From an uncultured Candidatus Saccharibacteria bacterium (GTDB lineage: Bacteria > Patescibacteriota > Minisyncoccia > Phycocordibacterales > CSBR16-119), in assembly GCA_964531475.1 (NCBI GenBank), contig CAZHCS010000001.1, forward strand, positions 14,712 through 78,711: 64,000 bases of DNA, given 5' to 3'. Positions 8,331 to 15,726 of this stretch are shown here, piece after piece. The translations under genes were made by a program, and so were the position numbers. Each line of letters begins with the position of its first letter. The stretch's first letter is position 1. The notes beneath the pieces were generated by a model, which was not told the origin of the DNA, searched no databases, and saw only the letters and a list, made by a program, of their open reading frames with translations.

Positions 8331-8375
8331 CACAAGCACAAAATTCCGCGTAAGCGGAATTTTGTGCTTGTGTGC
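8328..8375 (+). other. perfect 22-bp stem hairpin (GTAA loop) overlapping the last 3 nt of tRNA-Arg
   Basis: GCACACAAGCACAAAATTCCGC-GTAA-GCGGAATTTTGTGCTTGTGTGC. No U-tract follows. Confidence 0.7.
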
Positions 8376-8405
8376 CGGCCGCATAAATATGCTAAAATAT
8401 TACCC

Positions 8406-8675
8406 ATGGACGAAAAGGAATTCCGCGATCTGAAGGAGACTGTGCTAGATACGCACAGGATGGTCTCTCGGCTCTATAAATTCGAGAAAAATCGCCGCCT
8501 GTGGCGCGCCTTGAAATTCATTCTCCTAACTGTTATTATCGTTGGGGCGTATTACGCCGCTCTGCCTTTTTTCAAGCGGGTCTTGGATACCTATAACAGT
8601 TTTTCGTCGGGGGTGACGAATATCCAAAACTTCCAATTCCCGTGGCAGAAAGATGCTTCAGCCGAAGCGCAATAA
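8406..8675 (+). CDS. hypothetical small membrane protein
   Basis: 89 aa from MDEKEFRDL, with one predicted transmembrane segment (ILLTVIIVGAYYAALPFF). Confidence 0.4.
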   Translation: MDEKEFRDLKETVLDTHRMVSRLYKFEKNRRLWRALKFILLTVIIVGAYYAALPFFKRVLDTYNSFSSGVTNIQNFQFPWQKDASAEAQ

Positions 8676-8676
8676 T

Positions 8677-8692
8677 ACCAACGCTCAGATAG
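8677..8692 (+). repeat. 16-bp direct repeat ACCAACGCTCAGATAG (copy 1)
   Basis: Identical to 9044-9059. The second copy spans the first 10 nt of tRNA-Phe. Confidence 0.75.
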
Positions 8693-8757
8693 GCCCGACG
8701 CAGGACCGGGTCCTGGTCGGGCTCCCGACATCCGATTGGCGCAATCGGATCGTCGGG
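8693..8757 (+). other. two consecutive strong hairpins sharing CCCGAC/GTCGGG arms
   Basis: GCCCGACGCAGGACCGGGTCCTGGTCGGGC, then CCCGAC-ATCCGATTG-gcg-CAATCGGAT-c-GTCGGG. Confidence 0.6.
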
Positions 8758-8789
8758 ACTCAGTACGATTCAATTAAGATATAAGTTGT

Positions 8790-9059
8790 ATGGCTTGGGT
8801 TTACATACTTAGTACTGAATCGGGTAAGTATTACATCGGTAGTACAGAAAATATCACCCAAAGATTGAAACACCATAAAGGTGGGTTCACACCAAGTACT
8901 AAGTCTATGGTGTTTAAAGATTGCCTCCTAACCCAAGAATACCAGACTCTTGGCGAAGCAAGATTGATTGAGAAGAGGCTAAAAAGTTTTAAGCGTCGAG
9001 ATTACATTGAAAAAATAATCAAAGACGGGTATATTAGAATACAACCAACGCTCAGATAG
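8790..9059 (+). CDS. GIY-YIG nuclease family protein (URI-domain, COG2827-like)
   Basis: 89 aa. YILSTESGKYYIGSTENITQRLKHHK is a GIY-YIG motif. The stop codon TAG lies inside the 5' end of tRNA-Phe. Confidence 0.75.
   Translation: MAWVYILSTESGKYYIGSTENITQRLKHHKGGFTPSTKSMVFKDCLLTQEYQTLGEARLIEKRLKSFKRRDYIEKIIKDGYIRIQPTLR
9044..9059 (+). repeat. 16-bp direct repeat ACCAACGCTCAGATAG (copy 2, overlaps tRNA-Phe 5' end)
   Basis: See copy 1 at 8677-8692. Confidence 0.75.
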
Positions 9060-9125
9060 CTCAGTTGGTAGAGCATTCCCCTGAAGAGGGAAGGGTCGCC
9101 AGTTCGAACCTGGCTCTGAGCACCA
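9050..9125 (+). tRNA. tRNA-Phe(GAA)
   Basis: GCTCAGA acceptor, D-arm TAGCTCAGTTGGTAGAGC, anticodon stem TTCCC/GGGAA with loop CTGAAGA (anticodon GAA), T-arm. CCA is encoded. Confidence 0.85.
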
Positions 9126-9130
9126 AAATC

Positions 9131-9160
9131 AAGAAAGGCCTCCATATGGAGGCCTTTCTT
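9131..9160. terminator. perfect palindromic bidirectional terminator
   Basis: AAGAAAGGCCTCC-ATAT-GGAGGCCTTTCTT, between tRNA-Phe (+) and hsp20 (-). Confidence 0.7.
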
Positions 9161-9165
9161 GATGT

Positions 9166-9675
9166 TTATCGTGATTTTACCCTTACCTTCGTCCTTCGTT
9201 TCTTGTCGATCTTTGGCAGACGGATAATGATTAGACCATTTTTTTCGGTTGCGATAGTGGTTTCTGGGTCGATCTCCTCTGGCAGCATAATTGTTCTAGT
9301 GAACGAGCCCCAGTATAGTTCACGGTGTATGTAGTCTCCTTGTTCGGCAATAGAGCCTTCTTTGCGTGATCCTGATATTACCACCATGTCGCGCGAAATG
9401 TCTATGTCCAAATCTTCTGGTTTTACTCCGGCGGCCATAGCCTTGACCACTACTTCGTCCGGTGTCTGGTACACGTCAACGGCTAGTTCGCTCGCGACAT
9501 CTTCGGATTCTTCCCATTCGCGCATACTAAAATCGGTATCTTCTTCGGAAATAGCCAATCGTTTACCGCCGCGTTCTGGCAATGTCGTGTCAGAATTTTC
9601 CGCGTCATCTTCATCCATGTCTCGAAGCGATAGTCCGCCGGTTAATTTTTGAAAAAATGATCTTTTTTTAAACAT
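9166..9675 (-). CDS. Hsp20/alpha-crystallin family small heat-shock protein
   Basis: An alpha-crystallin domain (VDVYQTPDEVVVKAMAAGVKPEDLDIDIS, GSFTRTIMLPEEID) with an acidic N-terminus. Confidence 0.85.
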   Translation of the reverse strand: MFKKRSFFQKLTGGLSLRDMDEDDAENSDTTLPERGGKRLAISEEDTDFSMREWEESEDVASELAVDVYQTPDEVVVKAMAAGVKPEDLDIDISRDMVVISGSRKEGSIAEQGDYIHRELYWGSFTRTIMLPEEIDPETTIATEKNGLIIIRLPKIDKKRRTKVRVKSR

Positions 9676-9687
9676 ACGAGTACGTGA

Positions 9688-10368
9688 TTATGCTCTTCGT
9701 AATTGTTCGAAGAGGAGCAATACGATAATCGTCACTCCCCACAGAAGGCTGAACACGCCGAACAGTCCTTTGTCGCTACCAATTATAAGAAAATTAAAGA
9801 TAGAGTGCAAGGAAATTGCGGCTATAAGTCCAATAACTAAGAATGTTTTCTTTAAAAACCAGCCGCGATAAAATGAAAGTCCGAGTGCTATACCGATCAT
9901 GCCGCTTGCGACCGCGTGCAAAAGCATTGCACCCAAGAATCTAAAGTTACCAGTGAGCAAACTAACAGTCGCGTCTCCGAGTGCGACCGGATCGACTAGA
10001 AAGAGTGCGTTTTCCATGGCGGCAAAACCGAGCGCGCCAGTTATGAGGTATATGGCAAAGTCGACCGGCTCATCAGCGCTAGAGCTTTTTAGCGCGACAA
10101 AGAGCACGGCCACGTATTTAATAACTTCTTCGATGGCGGCCCAGGCTATAGTAAGTGCGCGCTTGTCATGAATGAGTCCTTCGACGAAGTTTTCTAGTGG
10201 CAAGACGACAAAAACACTGCCCATGCCTATTAGAAATGTCAGAAGTAGAATACCGCGTGGCTCTGGGTGTTCGTCGTCTTCGCGCAGCCAGAACCAAAGC
10301 CATAAGAACGCAGGAACAAGTCCTCCAGCCAGAGAGATTAAGCCTACTTTGAGATTGAGATCGGCCAC
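9688..10368 (-). CDS. PrsW-family intramembrane protease-like membrane protein
   Basis: Polytopic membrane protein with EExxK-like (AAIEEVIKY), FxxxE (FAAMEN) and HxxxN/H (LLHAVASG) motifs. Overlaps the valS 3' end by about 25 nt. Confidence 0.55.
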   Translation of the reverse strand: MADLNLKVGLISLAGGLVPAFLWLWFWLREDDEHPEPRGILLLTFLIGMGSVFVVLPLENFVEGLIHDKRALTIAWAAIEEVIKYVAVLFVALKSSSADEPVDFAIYLITGALGFAAMENALFLVDPVALGDATVSLLTGNFRFLGAMLLHAVASGMIGIALGLSFYRGWFLKKTFLVIGLIAAISLHSIFNFLIIGSDKGLFGVFSLLWGVTIIVLLLFEQLRRA

Positions 10369-12515
10369 TCTTCAATTATAAGCAATTTCTCGGGATTTCC
10401 GTTGTGGATGAGCTGCCAGATCTCTTCGGTCACGAACGGCATAAACGGGTGGAGTGTTTTTAGACAATTGCGAAGAAGCGTATGGAGTGTGCGTTTTCGT
10501 GACGCGGCTTCTGGGCCAGCGAGTACAGATTTACTGTCTTCCAAAATCTTGTCGGCCAATTCGTTCCAGATGTAGTGGTAAATCTTTTCGCTCGCGAGGT
10601 GTAGGCGCATGGCTTCCATATCTGCAGTAATATCGCCAAGGATTTCCATCTGTGCGTTGAGTAGTTTCTGATCGGCTTCTGCGAGGGCAGAGTTCATATC
10701 TGGCGCGTCGGCGTTTTGTAGGATAAAACGCGTAATGTTCCAAACTTTGTTCGCGAAGTTCTTGTAGCCTTTGATTTTGTTCTCGTCGATGCGCATGTCG
10801 GTGCCGGGTGCTGTGCCGACAAGTAAAGCCATACGAGCAGCGTCGGTGCCGAATTTCGCTGCAACCTCTACAGGGTCGAGACCATTTCCGAGTGATTTGC
10901 TCATCTTGCGACCTTTGGCATCACGGACGGTTCCGTGGAGATAAACGTATTTAAAAGGAACTTCTCCTAGTACGTATTCAGTCATGAGAATCATGCGGGC
11001 GATCCAGAAGAACAAGATCTCGTAGCCGGTCTCGAGGACATTCGTCGGATGAAAGAATTTGAGATCCTCGGTTTTCTCTGGCCAGCCGAGCGTTGAAAAT
11101 GTCCAAAGCGCGGACGAGAACCATGTGTCGAGTGTGTCTTCGTCCTGCGACCAGCCTTCACCTTCGGGCGCGCTGATGCCGCAGTGGATTTCTCCGCCCT
11201 TGTACCAAACAGGAATTCGGTGCCCGTACCAAATCTGCCTGGAAATGCACCAATCGCGCAAATTGTCGATCCAGTGAAAATACGTCTTTTCGAAAAAGTC
11301 GGGGAGGATTTTGATCCGGCCGTCGGTAACAGGGTCGCGGGTGAGGTCCTTGAGTGTTTTTGTGTCGCGGCCTGGAATATCCTTGTTCACGGCGACGAAC
11401 CACTGGAGTTTTGGCAACGGTTCGACAATTCCGTTCGTGCGTTCGGCAGTGCTGACGTTTTGTTTTACGGATTCTTCTTTTTCAAGCAAGCCCTGATCTC
11501 GGAGCCATGCGACAATCACTTCACGCGCTTCGGTTGTCTTCTTGCCGAGAATTTCAACGCCCCCGACGGACATTTTGGCGTATTCGTTGATGACGGGAAT
11601 TATTGGCAAATTATTCTTCTCGGCAATTTCCCAGTCGATCATGCTGTGAGCCGGCGTGACGCCGAGCGCGCCCGTGCCGAATTCCATAGCAACCGATTCG
11701 TCAGCGATGATTTTGATCGACAATTTCACTCCACAGAAATCATCCACTACATAGGTCTTGCCTATGTAATCTTTGTATCGCGCATCGTCAGGGTGTACGG
11801 CCACGGCGACATCGCCGACTTTTGTTTCGGGGCGAGTCGTGGAGATGCTGATAGGGAAGTCTTTTGAGTATTTGAACGTATAGAGCTTTGCTTCCCGCTC
11901 TTCATACACGATTTCGTCGTCAGAAATTGTCGTCTGACCTTTTGGGTCCCAGTTGACGATCCGGTGCGCGCGGTAGATGAGCCCGTCGTCATACATTTTT
12001 TTGAAGACCGTGTTGACGGCGAGATTTCTTTTTTCATCAAGTGTAAACGCTTCGCGCGACCAATCGCACGACGCACCGAGCGTTTTGACTTGCGAGACTA
12101 TGGTGTCATGGGAATTTTGTGCAAATTCGCGGACGCGTCGCAATAATTCCTCGCGACCCAAATCGTGACGTGACTTGCTTTCGCTTTTCTGGATTTCTTT
12201 TTCGACTTTGGACTGCGTGGCGATAGCGGCGTGGTCGGTCCCGGGGAGCCAGAGTGTACGTTTGCCGCGCATGCGTTGGAAACGGATGAGCGTGTCTTGG
12301 ATTGTCGTGCCGAGTGCGTGGCCCATATGTAGGACTCCAGTCACGTTTGGTGGCGGCATCATGATTGTAAATGGTTCTGGGCGATCGCCAGGCAAATTGT
12401 CAGGATTAAAATAGCCGGATTCTTCCCACAGCTTGTAGATGCGAGATTCGGTGTTTTGTGGATCATATGCCGAGAGGAATTTCTCGGGAATATTGGGGAA
12501 TTGCTTTTCAGTCAT
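10344..12515 (-). CDS. valS: valine--tRNA ligase (short form without C-terminal coiled-coil)
   Basis: HMGH (VLHMGHALG), KMSKS, and the TTRPET motif characteristic of ValRS. 723 aa. Confidence 0.85.
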   Translation of the reverse strand: MTEKQFPNIPEKFLSAYDPQNTESRIYKLWEESGYFNPDNLPGDRPEPFTIMMPPPNVTGVLHMGHALGTTIQDTLIRFQRMRGKRTLWLPGTDHAAIATQSKVEKEIQKSESKSRHDLGREELLRRVREFAQNSHDTIVSQVKTLGASCDWSREAFTLDEKRNLAVNTVFKKMYDDGLIYRAHRIVNWDPKGQTTISDDEIVYEEREAKLYTFKYSKDFPISISTTRPETKVGDVAVAVHPDDARYKDYIGKTYVVDDFCGVKLSIKIIADESVAMEFGTGALGVTPAHSMIDWEIAEKNNLPIIPVINEYAKMSVGGVEILGKKTTEAREVIVAWLRDQGLLEKEESVKQNVSTAERTNGIVEPLPKLQWFVAVNKDIPGRDTKTLKDLTRDPVTDGRIKILPDFFEKTYFHWIDNLRDWCISRQIWYGHRIPVWYKGGEIHCGISAPEGEGWSQDEDTLDTWFSSALWTFSTLGWPEKTEDLKFFHPTNVLETGYEILFFWIARMILMTEYVLGEVPFKYVYLHGTVRDAKGRKMSKSLGNGLDPVEVAAKFGTDAARMALLVGTAPGTDMRIDENKIKGYKNFANKVWNITRFILQNADAPDMNSALAEADQKLLNAQMEILGDITADMEAMRLHLASEKIYHYIWNELADKILEDSKSVLAGPEAASRKRTLHTLLRNCLKTLHPFMPFVTEEIWQLIHNGNPEKLLIIEEWPISISK

Positions 12516-12551
12516 TTCGAAATTCTAACACAGGTCAGCGCGGTGCATCAT

Positions 12552-12580
12552 TTGACTTTTATTATTTAGTGTTGTAATCT
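12552..12580 (+). promoter_or_regulatory. promoter-like TTGACT-17-TAATCT
   Basis: -35 at 12552-12557 and -10 at 12575-12580; ATG at 12600. Confidence 0.45.
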
Positions 12581-12599
12581 TTTGCCAAAACAACTGAAC

Positions 12600-13568
12600 A
12601 TGACACAAGAAGGAGCGGATTTTTTCGCACTGAAGATAGGTTCTGGAGCGTCGACGCCGCTCGACGGAGGCATGATACGCCTCATTAAGGCGCGGCTAGC
12701 CGAGGTTTCAGCCAGAAACCCTCATCGCACGCCTATCATTGCTGTTTCTGCTCTTGCAGGTGCGACCGATAGTCTGCATCAGGCATACGAAGCTGCTTGT
12801 GAGACGGATTTCATGGGTGCTGATGATCTGTTATCGCAGATAATGAAGAATCACCGACATGTGTGGGCCGGACTGAGTTCGTCATTGAAGGCAGACAGTT
12901 CTCTTGGTATACAGCTTCGGAAAAGCTTGGCAAACGTGCATCAGCAGGCAGCTAAGACGATTGAGCGTATAGGAGAGACAGAAGGTTCTGCCTCCTTGAG
13001 TAGCTTGCATGCGAAAATGCTTTCGTACGGAGAGGTCATGGCGTTGGAGATCTTTGACTACGCCTTTACCGCGTGCGGGTATGGTGTCGGATGTATTCCG
13101 GCGACCAAATTCATCCGTGCGGCGAGCAACCACCCCGGCGCGCTGAGCTATGTCGATGTTGCAATCAATTGGGGCGCGAGCAAGGAGATGCTGATGTGCG
13201 CACTTGGTTCTTTTCAAACATCGGCTTGCCAAGGCAACCCAAGCGAGCATCAATTGGTGCTGACTCAGGGCTTCATCGGCTCTGACGAGCAAGGCGAAGT
13301 GGTAACGCTTCCAAGGGAAGGCAGTGATCTGACGGCGGTGTTCATCGCTTCGGTCGTAGGCTCAAAGGCTCATCTCTTGAAGAACGTCAATCAGGAAACT
13401 GGCTTGCCCAAGCAAATGAGTCATGCGGAACTCGCAGCTCATCAGAGCAGGCTTGGTACGCACCTTGTCTGCATGCAGGCTATCGAGGCCGCAATTGAGC
13501 AAAATGTCGATATCGAAATCATCGACACCAGGACAGGCGAAACGTACCTGTCTGCGATGAGGCCGTAG
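12600..13568 (+). CDS. aspartate kinase (catalytic domain only, no ACT domains)
   Basis: The segment VLTQGFIGSDEQGEVVTLPREGSDLTAVFIA matches the LysC catalytic core (ITQGFIGS...TTLGRGGSDYTA). It has the amino-acid-kinase fold. Confidence 0.6.
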   Translation: MTQEGADFFALKIGSGASTPLDGGMIRLIKARLAEVSARNPHRTPIIAVSALAGATDSLHQAYEAACETDFMGADDLLSQIMKNHRHVWAGLSSSLKADSSLGIQLRKSLANVHQQAAKTIERIGETEGSASLSSLHAKMLSYGEVMALEIFDYAFTACGYGVGCIPATKFIRAASNHPGALSYVDVAINWGASKEMLMCALGSFQTSACQGNPSEHQLVLTQGFIGSDEQGEVVTLPREGSDLTAVFIASVVGSKAHLLKNVNQETGLPKQMSHAELAAHQSRLGTHLVCMQAIEAAIEQNVDIEIIDTRTGETYLSAMRP

Positions 13569-13622
13569 TACATGATGAAGAAGCGGCGGGCCGAAGGCCC
13601 GCCGCTTTTCTTTTCTATAATT

Positions 13623-14801
13623 TTACAAACTCCAATTTGGATCTGCGACGATAGTTGCAAGTTCGGGAAATGCTTTGCCACTTCGTATCAAAAAAAATCC
13701 GGCTATCGCTATCATGAGAGAATTGTCAGTCGATAGATCGTGGTCGGGGAAAACGACTTGGGTTCCAGGGAATTCCGCCCCGGCCATTTCCGTTAGGCGC
13801 TCTTTGATATATGTGTTCGCCGACACGCCGCCACCGACTATTAGAGTTGTTGCGCCGAATTCGGCTACCGCATCGCGTGTTTTTTTCACCAAAACATCGG
13901 TTACGGCCGTTTCGAATTCGCGCGCGACATCGCATTTTGTTTGTTCGTCCATTTCGCCGAGTTTTTTTACGAGATACAGAACCGAGGTTTTGATTCCGGA
14001 AAATGAAAAACTATAATCCCCCGAATTGATCATTGGCCTTGGCAAACTAATATCCGCGCGCGTGACGCCGCGTTTTGCAAGTTCAGAAACTTTTGGTCCG
14101 CCAGGGTAGGGTAACCCCAGAAGTCGCGCGACTTTGTCGAACGCCTCACCGACAGCGTCGTCTTTGGTCGCACCGATTTTTGTACATGCAAGGAAGTCGT
14201 TCATGACGACGAGCTCGGTATGGCCGCCAGAAATGAGAAGCGATATCGCAGGGAAGCGGAGGTTTGATATGTCTAGGGTTTGCGGCGTGTTTGGTGTCGC
14301 GGTGATGAGTGTCGAAAGCGCGTGCCCGTGCATATGGTTTGCCGGCATGACGGGTATGTCCCAGATTAGCGAGAGAGCTTTTGCGAAGTTGATACCGACC
14401 CACAATGCTGGTGCGAGTCCAGGACCAGCAGTGACGACGATAGCGTCAAGCGCTGGGCGTTCGATTGTGTTCGCGATTTCGAGCACCACGTCAGCCATTT
14501 TGCCTTCGCGCTCAAGGAGCCTTCTGATCTCATCCGGCCCAGTATTCAAGGTCGAACCTTGAATACTTGGATGATACATATCGGCCTGCTTCAAGCATTC
14601 GACGAAAATCGGCGGCAAGTTTTTAGCGTGTTCTCGCTTGGCCAAGTTAGGATAGACGCCGCCGAATTCGCGATGTATGTCGATCTGCGAGCGGACTACG
14701 TTCGCGAGTACGGTAAAAGTCGCCGTATTGTCCGTTTCGACGACGTCGAGGATAGAAATCGCGGTTTCGTCGCAGGATGTTTCGATAGAGAGAAGCTTCA
14801 T
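13623..14801 (-). CDS. tsaD: tRNA N6-adenosine threonylcarbamoyltransferase TsaD
   Basis: LSIETSCDETAIS, GGVSAN, LGLPYPGGP. It contains an in-frame P2 insert (PSIQGSTLNT). Confidence 0.9.
   Translation of the reverse strand: MKLLSIETSCDETAISILDVVETDNTATFTVLANVVRSQIDIHREFGGVYPNLAKREHAKNLPPIFVECLKQADMYHPSIQGSTLNTGPDEIRRLLEREGKMADVVLEIANTIERPALDAIVVTAGPGLAPALWVGINFAKALSLIWDIPVMPANHMHGHALSTLITATPNTPQTLDISNLRFPAISLLISGGHTELVVMNDFLACTKIGATKDDAVGEAFDKVARLLGLPYPGGPKVSELAKRGVTRADISLPRPMINSGDYSFSFSGIKTSVLYLVKKLGEMDEQTKCDVAREFETAVTDVLVKKTRDAVAEFGATTLIVGGGVSANTYIKERLTEMAGAEFPGTQVVFPDHDLSTDNSLMIAIAGFFLIRSGKAFPELATIVADPNWSL
14541..14571 (-). repeat. P2 palindromic insert AGTATTCAAGGTCGAACCTTGAATACTTGGA (copy 1), in-frame in tsaD
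   Basis: 31 nt identical to 25745-25775. The 11-bp stem AGTATTCAAGG/CCTTGAATACT with TCGAA loop is a perfect hairpin. It encodes PSIQGSTLNT. Confidence 0.85.
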
Positions 14802-14915
14802 CTCGTTAGAAACAGGTCGCGGTCTTTGCGCTACCTATTTTGTTAATTCTAAAAATTTTCATGTAGATTATTGTGATCCGAATTTACTCAGCAAGTGACC
14901 GTGGTTTCTAACGGG
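14802..14915 (-). repeat. leader element bounded by inverted repeats (U element, copy 1), abutting the tsaD start codon
   Basis: Arms CTCGTTAGAAACAGGTCGCGGTC and GACCGTGGTTTCTAACGGG flank about 72 nt of AT-rich DNA. It is homologous to 26525-26639. Confidence 0.75.
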
Positions 14916-14983
14916 ACTCATGGACGACACTTTACATTTCTTTTCGCTTCCTGTAAAGTCTTGGCAAACAAAACGTACTTCAC

Positions 14984-15682
14984 ATGAGCATACTCGAAGA
15001 CAAGCCTCGGTTAAGGGGGATTCTTAATTCCCTGAGGAATGACCACGTCCTTGTTATTACAGGTCAGTCAGGAGCAGGTAAGGACACCTTGGTGAAAAGC
15101 ATTACGTCTGTTGCGCCAAAACGTTTCCGTGCCTGCTATGTCGGGACCGGCGAAGAGTTCCGGCGGAACATGCCTAAGTTTTCCCGGGCGATGCGCAGAC
15201 GTATTCAATCAATTAATGACGCTGGTGAACTCCAAGACCCGCTGAATGCTGTGACGCAGGTCGTCAATAAGATCCTGCATCACTGGAACGGCGTAGATCT
15301 TCTGATACTTGAAGGCTCACCGCGAACGAAAGACGAAGCAGTATATCTCTACAAATACATCATGAGATTCCTGAAGCGTCGGATCGTTCTCGTGAACTTG
15401 GTCATCAGCGACGAGCTTTCCATTAAGCGTATGGAGGAGCGCAATGAAAAAGATCGCCTTGCCGGACGAGAGCCACGCAAGGATACCGCTACTCCGGAAG
15501 CACGACAGGCGAAAGCGGCTTACTACCATGAGCAGGTTGTCCCCGCTGTTGAATATCTCGAAGGGCTTCCTCGAACAGAGGTTGCAGTCATGAGTATTCG
15601 CGTCGATGAGATGTCAATCAGAGAAGTGTTGGAGGAGGTGCTCTGTAGTATGCCAGATATCTTGGAGATGTCATTGGCATGA
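14984..15682 (+). CDS. adenylate kinase-like P-loop NMP kinase family protein
   Basis: Walker A VITGQSGAGKDT. GVDLLILEGSPRT resembles the Adk LLDGFPRT motif. Divergent. Confidence 0.45.
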   Translation: MSILEDKPRLRGILNSLRNDHVLVITGQSGAGKDTLVKSITSVAPKRFRACYVGTGEEFRRNMPKFSRAMRRRIQSINDAGELQDPLNAVTQVVNKILHHWNGVDLLILEGSPRTKDEAVYLYKYIMRFLKRRIVLVNLVISDELSIKRMEERNEKDRLAGREPRKDTATPEARQAKAAYYHEQVVPAVEYLEGLPRTEVAVMSIRVDEMSIREVLEEVLCSMPDILEMSLA

Positions 15683-15726
15683 ACATTCTACGCGAAAAGC
15701 CGGACCAATGGTCCGGCTTTTGTGCT

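Noticed and set aside
9065-9334. ORF starting inside tRNA-Phe
   Set aside because: It overlaps the tRNA and the palindromic terminator and has low-complexity translation. It is spurious.
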